From NCBI RefSeq assembly GCF_964204645.1, contig NC_134034.1, positions 10,056,962 through 10,120,961 on the forward strand: a stretch of 64,000 bases of DNA. The letters run 5' to 3'. The position numbers and the translations under genes were made by a program. Positions 13,701-24,809 of this stretch are shown piece after piece. The notes beneath the pieces are model-generated. The model was given only the letters and a program-made list of their open reading frames with translations. It ran no database searches and was not told where the DNA came from. The DNA comes from Tubulanus polymorphus (Eukaryota; Animalia; Nemertea). The stretch's first letter is position 1. Every line of letters begins with the position of its first letter.

Positions 13701-13849
13701 TTCGAGTGCACGACGTATCGTCATCGGACGCCATGACAACCGCGGCGAACTCGTCACCGGTCGAGTGTCGCGTCTGCCGCAAAACGTACAAAGGATCGAA
13801 GAACCTGGCGAAACACCAGCGGAAACATCACCCGGAATCGGTGTCCTAA
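4784..13849 (+). CDS. KDM4: Lysine-specific demethylase 4 (KDM4/JMJD2 family) with C-terminal C2H2 zinc-finger array, ~1454 aa
   Basis: Nine GT-AG coding exons with consistent phases: 4784-4918, 5518-5693, 6368-6513, 7378-7590, 7969-8072, 8441-8578, 9307-9515, 10021-10214, 10800-13849 (4365 nt). JmjN: [38 protein letters not shown]. JmjC: [40 protein letters not shown] and [25 protein letters not shown]4 Zn site: CSAFLRHK...CKC. The last exon is in frame with ORF 11156..13849. Confidence 0.92.
5738..6262. repeat. ~77-bp minisatellite (~6-7 copies) in KDM4 intron 2
   Basis: Unit acagggatttgaacctgatgacatcatgagactctgtcacagtacaaacccctgtcctagtagacacatcctccatc. Period 77 between 6104 and 6181. Confidence 0.92.
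6897..7255. repeat. 34-bp minisatellite (~10 copies) in KDM4 intron 3
   Basis: Unit ccaggaatgactgatctgtagggaccctgtatat. Explains repetitive ORFs 6867..7292 and 6893..7234. Confidence 0.95.
7636..7772. mobile_element. Short MITE-like repeat (second copy ~50068-50162)
   Basis: Inverted termini (ctgggtccagtttcacgaa ... ttgtgaaactgggccc). Internal sequence cctaaaacggttaagtttgaattgttgtcctcatt is shared with 50097-50131. Confidence 0.7.
8160..8365. mobile_element. MITE-like dispersed repeat (second copy ~43900-44160)
   Basis: Shared ggacaagt...attatcactcgtccacc...atgcttg...ctttcattccttagatcggacccc. The 43.9-kb copy has inverted ends ggtccgatctaag/cttagatcggacc. Confidence 0.65.
8618..9222. repeat. 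55-bp minisatellite (~11 copies) in KDM4 intron 6
   Basis: Unit agcagtcccaacacgctaccgagttccctgattctcaactcggtgaaatatttac. Period 55 (8946 to 9001). Confidence 0.95.
9538..9817. mobile_element. piggyBac-like MITE (TTAA-flanked, TIR CCCTTTCAGTGC)
   Basis: ttaa|cccattcagtgc ... gcactgaaaggg|ttaa. Closely similar to copies at 29108, 30260 and 41706. Confidence 0.8.
10290..10390 (+). mobile_element. tRNA-derived SINE-like head (B box GGTTCGAATCCC)
   Basis: ggtctagtgtgg...caggttcgaatccccgccgatgcaggatgg. No cloverleaf is evident. Confidence 0.45.
11575..13830 (+). other. Array of ~19 C2H2/C2HC zinc fingers in the terminal KDM4 exon
   Basis: Repeated CxxC-x12-H-x3-4-H/C motifs, e.g. [95 protein letters not shown]. 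Several fingers are degenerate. Confidence 0.9.
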
Positions 13850-16144
13850 TAGCGGCCGCCGTTAACCCTTAACCTCTGCGGCTTATCGACGTTAGCAGAC
13901 TGTTTTCAGAATTTTTCAGTCGAGTTCGAAGAATTAACGAATATATTGAAAGCGACTGTTTGGACCCTCGGTCTGTTACAACCCCTTTCAGTGCTGACTA
14001 ATAAACTAGGTCCCGAGTGTTTAATTGTATTTTCAGTATTTATCGCGATGGAACGTATATCCCCTCGGTTCTAGTAGCGTTTATACGTTAAGCGTTTGAG
14101 TGGTAGCTACCGATATACGGAATATTTATTGCTTTGAAATTTGTTTTTTTCGTTCGTATATATATATAAATGATGTTTTACACGCGTGAGTTGTTTTATT
14201 TTAGATTTCTGAAAAATCATGTAGAGAGCGGGTTATTTTTTTGTAGCTAGACAGAACGATGATTATGGGAAGCGATTTGACCGGGCTTCGATAAAGGCGC
14301 GGGTTAGATTCAGAAAAATCCGGAAAAATGGATGTCAATGAAAACTATAAAGAAATGCACAAAAAAATCTGTGAAAAATCATGAAAGTTTGTCTAAATAT
14401 TTTGATCACCTTTTCATGCCATGTGCTGTGCGTAACTCGGACTTAATGCGTGAGCTGGGTTAATAAAAAGAGATTTTATTCTAATCTGTTCGCATAGGTG
14501 GCCCCAGGAATTTTCATAGGGGGTTCGAATAAGCGTCAATCCAGTATCCATGCACAATGTCGGATGTTCGGTGGGCCTCCCCAAAAAAACTTTTTAAAAA
14601 TTGGAGGCTTTAGAGACGTTTTCCAGGCTCTAAATGAATCATTTAGTTAAAAGACTGGTGAAATTGGCAAGAAAAATCTTGAACATTGAATACATATCAA
14701 CTTGAGGAGTAAACTATCTCGAAAAGGGGTTGCGTCCGCTACCCCCGCACCCCCCCTGTGGGGACGCCTATGGTTCAGGTCGTGATCCTTGTGACCCTTA
14801 ATGTTATTGTACTTCGACATGTTCGACACGAAAAAAGGTACGAGAAAATTGTAGAAAAATCCTGGTATTTCGTCGCGATTGAATGTAAACAAAAAGGCGA
14901 TTGTCGGGATGTGAAAAAATGTGTTAAATTCCACATTTCGTCACTTAACTTGTCACTATTTTTCAAGTGTTAATTTGTATTTCTGATTCATTTATACGAA
15001 GCGCAAGTCATCATTTGGATAAGTCCTCTATATAGGGCCAACTACGGCGACTTACTTGCGAAAATGACCCCCCCCCCCCCACTAATAACCCCCCTCTCCT
15101 TTAACAACTATACCTCAGTCGATGACGTCAGTTCTTGCTGCTGCTGCTGCTGCTGCTGCTGTTTATTGAGCGCTCCTATCGTTTTCTGTGTATAATGCTA
15201 TTATTTAATATATTTATATCGATATGCAACTGATCAGATATATGTACGTGCAGGGTTCTTATGGGTTTTGGAAATTTTTTCGTTATCGCTATGGAAATGT
15301 GGAAAATCAGAAAATGCTCTCAAAGTAGAATTTTCTTTTTGTTTTGAATTCAAGGCTATATACTTAGATGTCTCAAAGCCATAAACAATGCGAAAACACT
15401 TGGCCGATGATATTGATAATTGGCACATATTTACTTTGATTGGGCCTATATTACCTGTTGTAGGTTGGTGATGTGTAACTCAGGGGTACCGGTATGGAAA
15501 ATTTATAATCTCGGGTGTGGAAAAAATTATGGAAAACGAAATCGGAAAACCCATAAGAACTTTGTCTGTAATGATAATTGTAAATATTGTTTCGCGAATG
15601 ATGTAGAGTTATTTCTTTGTGTTTCATCACGAATTGCATTTTGCGGTTTTTCCACGCCTGTCACGCGGTTCCACAGTTATGAGTTATCAATCAGGGTCCA
15701 GGGGATTCTCTGTGTATCGTCACAATAATGACATAACGTTTCACAAATGTCAGTGCAATTGCGTACTACTACTGTAATGCTTAATTTATATGAAAAAATG
15801 GCCGATTTTGCGTACAGGGAGGGGGTGAACAGTCAAAATTCATGCGTACGTAATGAATGAATGAACCCAGATTGTTTTTGCTCCGATTATGAAATTGTGT
15901 GTAAATTGAAAAGTCGTTAGTTGAAATATCTAATAATGTATACAAATACGTAGTGTGTGTGTATATTATAATAATCATCAGTTATTGATTAATGAGTTAT
16001 TGATTAATTATTATTACTAATTATCATATTAAATGCATGATTCCTCAGCTCTATACAGATATAGTCGTTTTCTCGATTCCTTCTCGGGCGCTGTTGATTC
16101 CTCATCGTAAATTGATCAAATTTTCAGATTTTAGACCGATTACA

Positions 16145-16652
16145 ATACGCCGGAACCTCGTTTACAAACTAACAAACTTTGATATAACATCCCAAATAAG
16201 ACAACTTGATTAATTTCATACTGGATATAACAAACTATCAGTTATAACGAACAGATTTTCTGGTCTCCTGAAGTTCGTTGTATCGAGGTTCTGCCATATA
16301 TAGAACTATCGGTTATAACAAACAGATTTTCTGGTCTCCTGAAGTTCGTTGTAACGAGGTTCCGCTGTATATAGAACTATCAGTTATAACGAACAGATTT
16401 TCTGGTCTCCAGAAGTTCGTTGTAACGAAGTTCCGCTGTGTATAGAACTATCAGTTATAACAGATTTTCTGATGCCCTGAAGTTCGTTGTAACAAGGGTC
16501 CGCTGTATATAGAACTATCGGTTATAACGAACAGATTTTCTGATGCCCTGAAGTTCGTTGTAACGAGGTTCTGCCATATATATAGAACTACCGGTTATAA
16601 CGAACAGATTTTCTGGTGCCCTGAAGTTCATTGTACGAGGTCCCGCTGTATA
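16145..16652. repeat. Tc1/pogo-like MITE whose right end is expanded into a ~71-bp tandem array (~6 copies)
   Basis: Left end acgccggaacctcgtt. Units tcagttataacgaacagattttctggtctcctgaagttcgttgtaacgaggttccgctgtata. A single-copy monomer occurs at ~40510-40577. Confidence 0.75.
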
Positions 16653-17508
16653 AGGTATGCTCTGTGGAGGCTGTTTCTTATGGGGAGAGGTTCCGTAAAA
16701 ATTCGAATTCCGAATTCCCTGCGGCATTTTTCCTGGCCCATGGATCCATCTTAAGAGACGGGAGTGCTGAAATTCCTGCTGGGTTGGGACCAATGGACAA
16801 CTGAGTTGTTGCAAGTGATACGCAATCAGCTTAATAATGTTCTCCCAAAAAATTTAAAAAAATAAACAATAGAATGTATGGTTTTGTACATGAATTCAGA
16901 AGCCGGTTTATTTGGCACTGATTAAATCTATTTCGCTAGAAATGACATCTATACAATAATGACCGATGATTGAAGATACAAATCTCGAGTACGTAAAGAA
17001 ATATTGCTGTAAAAATGAAATCAGGATTATCAGGGTTCAAAGGTGGCTTAGGAAATTTAGGGCCATTTTCTCAGCTCATGGTTCTCACAGTTACATGAAT
17101 TAAAAATTCCCGAGTATTTCATGGGTGATTATTCAATTTTGTCAAATGGAAAATGGGGGCCTTGGTAAATAGGGAAAAAAAGATCAGATACCTGTTACCA
17201 TCATAATACAGTCAATAGTGGTGACTGGTTGATAAAGGTGAAGCACTTTCGGAAATTAATAAGTCAGCACTGAAAGGATTAAGTTTCACTGTAATGTATT
17301 AAATCTGAGCTACAAAATATCTACAAAGCGAAAATTATGCAATTCCCGACCCCCTTAGGACATATTTTGAGTATAACGCACACAAAATCTGCTAACAATT
17401 AAAGTAGCATATTTCTACGGGTAGCAAATTCATCTAGTTCAGAATAACTTTCTTATTAACAAAAAAAATGCATAAAATTAATCGTCCGTCGAACTGCAAC
17501 GTAGAAAT

Positions 17509-20500
17509 TTACTTCTTTTTCGAAGCTGAAAAAAAAAACATTGAAATGAATTTGAAGCAATCTCTAGAGAAACTAGCGAAAACAACGCACTAACGAATTT
17601 TGTTCTTACCCGCGACGCCGAAACATTTATCCCCTTGACGAAGTTTACTGTGTAAAAGAAAATATATGCCGTTTAAAATGTATCTAGACCCTTAAAGAAA
17701 AGATACGTGTCCCTAAACAAAATCCCCCTATGACGTCATCAAATTGTTTAAGTAATTTGATAGTTCCATTAAATTCCCTCAACGACATCACCGCGCTATG
17801 TTTATTCTCATTGGAGTGATTATAGGCTAGAATACTTACGCTCCAACCGGGAGTTCTTTATAGCTGACTTGCTTGCGATTTCTAGACGAGCGTTTGCCCT
17901 CCGGAGCGCTGCCACCATCATCCGAGCTATCGGAAAAATATAGACAACAATTTTTTCACAGGGTGGCTACTTTCATTTGAACGAAATTCCTCGACTTTTC
18001 TCTGATTTCCAGGTTAAAAACCCACCCTCATTTCCATCATTTATGCATTTTAGGATCATTTCAGAGAAGAACTTGACGAAATTCAGACCCATCACTCACC
18101 CGGCTAGCGAGACAATTGATGTTTTTCGACGCAGGGGGAACGACGTTTCCAACTCCTCCTGTTTTTCTGTATTTTCTTCCTGTGAAACCGCGCGACGAAA
18201 CGATGAAAAAGAAAAAAAAGAACATTTTTCAAATATCTTCTTTTAAGTTGCATTCGCTAATTTTCAAGTGCAGCGTTGTATCAATCATCGATTACTTGGC
18301 TGTCGTGTACCTGATTTTCGATTTCTGGTGCGATATTTTCCACTTCGTCCATATCTAACTGTTTTTCCACTTTAACCTTCGTCGTGCGTCGAGACGACGT
18401 CGTTTTCTTGGCCGCCGCGCTTTTCTTGGTCGTCGATTTTTTCATTTTCGTCGGTGGTGGCGCCACGAACTCGTCGTACGAGTCGCGGTCCGCGTTCCTC
18501 GCCGATAAATCCGTTTTGCTCGTACGTTTACGAGATATTGTCGATTTCGATCGTTTTTTCGTCGCGTCGTTGTCCGCTGTCATCGTCGTCTGTTCCCCGA
18601 CGACGTCTGCTGTTCTCCGTCGGCTCGTCGTCTGCTCTTCCTCCTCGTCGTCGTCGGAAACGACTACACGACGATTCGTCAGGTGGCGCTTGCGTTGCAC
18701 TGGTACGACTGGTGAATCGTCGCGTTCGTCCGACGACGATTTCGTCGCCGTTTTGCGCCAGTGGCTTTCGCGGCGCTTTTCCGCAACGTTGCTACTAGCG
18801 CCACCTTCGATCCGTTTCAATAATTTCTGAGTTTCGTCCTCGCCGTTCCCATCATCACTCTTTTCGCCGATTATTGCACTTTCCTCCTTCCTAGTTTTTG
18901 TTCGTCTGGCGTTTGATTTCTTGCTATTACCCATTTCTTCATTGCCCAAAATTCGTTCCTCCTCCAAATCATCCTCAACTTCATCCTCCTCCTTTACCTT
19001 CCTCTTTTGCACCTTTTCCTTCACCTCCGCGTCATCATCGCTACCACAAACCACCTCCTTTTCTTTCTTTTTTCGCTCATTTTTCACACCCTTCGAATCA
19101 TCATTTACTTTCTTGCTATTACCAATTTCATCTCCAATTTCTTGATCGCCCAAAATCTGTTCCTCCTTCAAATCATCCTCAACTTCATTCACCTCCTTTA
19201 CCTTTCTCTTTTGCACCTTTTTCTTCCTCTCTCTGTCATCATCACTCCCATGAACAACCTCCTTTTCTTTCTTAATTCGCTCATTTTTCGTTTCCTTCAA
19301 ATCATCATTAGATTTCTTGCTATTACCATTTATTACCATTATTTTGTCATTGCCCAAAATTTGTTCCTCCTTCAAATCATCCTCAACTTCATCCACCTCC
19401 TTTACCTTCCTCTTTTGTACCGATTTCTTCCCGTCCGCGTCATCCTCGCTACCATGAACGACCTCCTTTTCTTTCTTCTTTCGTTCCTTTTTCCTTCGCT
19501 TCAAATCATCACAATCTTCATCAACTTTTTCTGCCATTTTTTGTGCCTTACAGATTACATCTTCCTTTTGCTCCTTAACTTTGGACTTTTCATCGAGACA
19601 ATCTTCCGCGAATACCATTCGGACATCCTCTACCGCTGCAGCTCCTTTTTCCGTCGGCGCAAAATCTGAATAATCGCCGACTTGTTTCGCCATTTTGCTT
19701 TTACTTTTCGTAGCGACTTTATTCCGCGTTTCCTCCTTATTTTCATCGTCCAAAATATCCCCCTCATCATCGGAAGGTAATTTCGCCTTTTTGCGCAAAA
19801 CTTTCGTCCGCGTGGAAATTTTCTTTTTCGCGACTTCTTTCTTCGGTTTCGTCGCCGCGTCGATGGCAGCAGCAGCGTCCGTCTGCTTCGATTCATCCGC
19901 CGAATCCGGAACTTTCCTCTTCTCAACGCGAGCATTTACCACCTTTTCATCATCGGCATCTTTCTCGTCGTTATCATCTTCATTTATCAAGGCGTCGTCG
20001 TCTTTATCGTACGTCGTATTCAGAACTGATTGCTTTCGATGGGAATCCGCGGCCACCTTGTCGCCGCCGACGACGACCGTCTCGTCCGCCATGTTATACT
20101 CCCCGCTGCCGGCGGGTGGCGTTGCTTTCTCGGTTGAAACGGCTGCCACGTCTGAGGCTTTGTTATTCTCGCGGAACTGATTCAGCGTGATCATCGGTTT
20201 ACGTACGGACTCGTTCGCCGACATGTCGAAAACCGTCAGATTTGCATTGGCAGCCGCTTTATCCGGAGTGAAGCCTCGGAAATCGAATTTCGACGACGAA
20301 TCCAGTTTCGAGTCCGCTGCTACCGCTGCCGCAACACGGGTTTTCGTTTTTGTCTTCTTCTTCGGCAGCGGCGCGTCTTTCTTCGCGATCGTGACCGACG
20401 CGACCGTTTTCGAGAAATCGCGTCGACCGGCTTTGAATCCGAATTTGCCCGGTTTGTTGACAGTCAAATGAAACTGTTTCAGTTTATTTACCGCCGCCCC

Positions 20501-23500
20501 CGACGACGAAGACTCGTCCGACGAAGCAGACGTCGACGACGACTCCGTTTTCTGTTTCGTCGGCGCCATTTCGATCTTACCGCTCTCGTTGACGGCCGCT
20601 TTCCGCGCTCGAACGCCCGGCGGTTTCAAACGCGATTCGTGCGTCACCAACGACAACTGACGACGTTCGATTTGATTATCGACGACGTCGGCAGACGGCG
20701 CCACGTGCGCTTGCTCCGAATCCGACTCCAATTCGGGCATCACTTCGTTTTCGAGCAGGTCGAGGTCGTCGACGTGGGGTAGCTCGATATCGATCGCTAA
20801 CGTAGCAGTCATGTCCATCGGACTGTTCGGGAACGTCGTTTTCTCGAACGCCTGCGCCGGACTTTTAGTCGGACTCAACGAATACGTCCGACGTTTTCGC
20901 GCCGTTCTAGATTTATCGTCGTCATCGCCGTTGACGACGATCGACGGAACTTTCGCGGCAGCGCCATTGTTGCTATCGCTTGCCCTCGATGGCTTACTAC
21001 CTCCGGATTTCGATTTTTTCCGCGTGGAAAGTCGTTTCGCGCCGAGCGACGTTTTCGGAGGCGAACACGCGATGAACGTGTACGAAAACGGCCGATCCGC
21101 ATTTTCCGGGGTAGCGCTATCGCTCGTATTCGTAATGCCGGAACCGGACTCGGCGGCGGCGCACATCTTTTTAACGAGCGTCGGTATCGGACGATCGTCC
21201 GGATTGACGAACGGTTTGCAACTATTTTCCGCGGTGCCCGACTCGCCGTTGTTATCTACCGGCTCGTCTGCTGCCGCCGCCGTTGCTAAGGTCGCTGTCA
21301 TCTCTTCGCAGTCGCTCGGTATGTTCGAATGTCGGATTTTTTTCGATTTTTGGAACGCGGCGGCCGTTTCGTAATCCGTCGGCGCGTCGCTACCCGCTCG
21401 TTCGTTATTCCCAGTGTCGCCGTCGTCTTGGTTTGGTCGGGTTACGACCGACAGCCGGTCGACCAGTGCCTGAGCGATCGAACCACGCTCCAGTAACCCC
21501 GAACGACGACTGTTGCAGCTGCTACGACTGGAGTTACGTCGAGACAACGCCTCGTCATCCTCATTTACTGAAACAAGAAACCAGATTCTTAATACAGACT
21601 TTCAAGATTTTACTGCATTGAATGTTTTGAAAGTTCAGGGCCTGGTTTCATAGACTGAGTATCAAAGTTATCCCTAGGGGTAAATCCTCAATCTGGGTGA
21701 CAACCACCATAGTTACAATGAGAAACCATGGTTATAACTGACAAATTTTAAAATGTTCCCAGGGACTATTTCTCTTCCACATCTATGAAACCTAGCCCAG
21801 AAGAGAAACTCAGTGACCTCTAAGGTTAGCACTATCTATCGCTATATAGGTAAACTATTTATTTGACGCATGAGCTTTCGCTACTAATGTAATATATAGA
21901 AGCTTCATCAGGTGATTGAGTGATGAAGCTTCTATACATTAGAAGCGAAAGCTTGTGCGTCAAATAAATAGTTAACCTCCACGAGCGAATAAATCAGAAA
22001 AAATATCTTGGTTTAAAATCTAACAATTCCTTCATTTCTCATTGAACCACTGATAGAGAAATGTGTGGTCAATAGCATTATCTGACTTTCCCGAGTTCTC
22101 CAGGTTTTCGGAAAAATTCGTCAAATTCCTTTAGTTTTTCCAGATTTTTTTCTAGATTTGTCTGATTGTCTGAGTTTTCCAGATCAGTGGCTATGTGAAA
22201 CTACACCAAGAATTTAAGTTGAACATTTTCAACATCGTATGTGCTTGAAACATTGTTTTTACCTGTCGACATGTTGTGAGCGGGAGCGTCCGCGTATAAC
22301 GATATGTTGTTCAATTCGTCCAATAGCACTGATTTTTCCACGATCAATGACAGATCAGATGGCGCCGCTGTCGGCTGATCAGCAACCGGCACGCGAGCGG
22401 CAACTTTGTTCAAACAACGTCGTTTCAGTGGTACACTTGAAAAAAAACAAACAAATTCTATAGAAGTTTTTTGTGACATACCGGCATATTTTTCACTGAT
22501 CGGATTTGAGCGGAGTCTACTGTATCATCCAACTCAGATATATCACTCTCAAGTCAAAAGATCAGACTTGAGCCGAGTCTACTGTACCATCCAACTCAGA
22601 TATCACTGTCAAGTCAAAAGATCCGACTTGAGCGCAGTCTACTGTACCATCCAACACAGATATCACTCTCAAGTCAAAAGATCTGACTCGAGCGGAGTCT
22701 ACTGTATCATCCAACTCAGATATCACTTTCTAGTCAAAAGATCGGACTTTAGCGCAGTCTACTGTATCATCCAACTCAGATATATCACTCTCAAGTCAAA
22801 AGATCAGACTTGAGCGGAGTCTACTGTACCATCCAACTCAGATATCACTGTCAAGTCAAAAGATCAGACTTGAGCGGAGTCTACTGTACCATCCAACTCA
22901 GATATCACTGTCAAGTCAAAAGATCTGACTTTCAGCGGAGTCTACTGTACCATCCAACTCAGATATCACTCTCAAGTCAAAAGATCCGACTTGAGCGCAG
23001 TCTACTGTACCATCCAACACAGATATCACTGTCAAGTCAAAAGATCCGACTTGAGCGGAGTCTACAGTACCATCCAACTCAAATATCACTCTCAAGTCAA
23101 AAGATCAGACTTGAGCGCAGTCTACTGTATCATCCAACTCAGATATCACTGTCAAGTCAAAAGATCCGACTTGAGCGGAGTCTACTGTACCATCCAACTC
23201 GGATATCACTGTCAAGTCAAAAGATCAGACTTGAGCGCAGTCTACTGTACCATCCAACTCAGATATCACTTTTTACTCAAAAGATCCAACTTGAGCGGAG
23301 TCTGCTGTATCATCCAACTCAGATATATCACTCTCAAGTCAAAAGATCAGACTTGAGCCGAGTCTACTGTACCATCCAACTCAGATATCACTGTCAAGTC
23401 AAAAGATCCGACTTGAGCGCAGTCTACTGTACCATCCAACACAGATATCACTCTCAAGTCAAAAGATCTGACTCGAGCGGAGTCTACTGTATCATCCAAC

Positions 23501-24717
23501 TCAGATATCACTTTCTAGTCAAAAGATCGGACTTTAGCGCAGTCTACTGTATCATCCAACTCAGATATATCACTCTCAAGTCAAAAGATCAGACTTGAGC
23601 GGAGTCTACTGTACCATCCAACTCAGATATCACTGTCAAGTCAAAAGATCAGACTTGAGCGGAGTCTACTGTACCATCCAACTCAGATATCACTGTCAAG
23701 TCAAAAGATCTGACTTTCAGCGGAGTCTACTGTACCATCCAACTCAGATATCACTCTCAAGTCAAAAGATCCGACTTGAGCGCAGTCTACTGTACCATCC
23801 AACACAGATATCACTGTCAAGTCAAAAGATCCGACTTGAGCGGAGTCTACAGTACCATCCAACTCAAATATCACTCTCAAGTCAAAAGATCAGACTTGAG
23901 CGCAGTCTACTGTATCATCCAACTCAGATATCACTGTCAAGTCAAAAGATCCGACTTGAGCGGAGTCTACTGTACCATCCAACTCGGATATCACTGTCAA
24001 GTCAAAAGATCAGACTTGAGCGCAGTCTACTGTACCATCCAACTCAGATATCACTTTCTAGTCAAAAGATCTGACTCGAGCGCAGTCTACTGTATCATCC
24101 AACTCAGATATATCACTCTCAAGTCAAAAGATCAGACTTGAGCGCAGTCTACTGTACCATCCAACTCAGATATCACTTTTTACTCAAAAGATCCAACTTG
24201 AGCGGAGTCTGCTGTATCATCCAACTCAGATATATCACTCTCAAGTCAAAAGATCCGACTTGAGCCGAGTCTACTGTACCATCCAACTCAGATATCACTG
24301 TCAAGCCAAAAGATCTGACTTGAGCAGAGTCTACTGTACCATCCAACTCAGATATCACTCTCAAGTCAAAAGATCTGACTCGAGCGGAGTCTACTGTACC
24401 ATCCAACTCAGATATCACTGTCAAGTCAGATATTGTTGCTGTATTTTCTTACTCACGTGTTCGTTGTTTTGGCGTCGATCTCGTTCTCTTTATCACTCGA
24501 CTCACCGGCCGGTGGTGCAAGCGATAGTTCGTTGTGCCCACCATCGTTGCCGACCATGTCCATCGCTTCACAAGTCAGTGAACCGATGTTCCGCAATACG
24601 GCGCGCAACTTTTCATTCACCACCTTACAATGAAAATATTTTAGATAAAACGGTTAAAATCTTAACCCAAAACTAGCTGGCAGTACACTCCAGTAATGCA
24701 AGTTCAGGTTAGTTTGT

Positions 24718-24809
<92 letters not shown>

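Noticed and set aside
11156-13849. Stand-alone 897-aa zinc-finger gene
   Set aside because: It begins at GTG, and the frame stays open upstream to a good acceptor at 10799 whose phase matches the KDM4 exon 8 donor. It is better explained as the KDM4 terminal exon.
18384-21374. Numerous antisense/alternate-frame ORFs over the giant exons (also 11425-13872, 33671-36727, 46426-49818)
   Set aside because: Shadow ORFs expected from GC/CpG-rich, low-complexity coding sequence, with no independent motifs. The poly-His ORF is the antisense of poly-Asp.
22406-24424. Repetitive ORFs and CRISPR-like appearance of the 60-bp array
   Set aside because: Tandem monomers without unique spacers, in a eukaryotic intron, with no cas genes. 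The ORFs are translations of the satellite.
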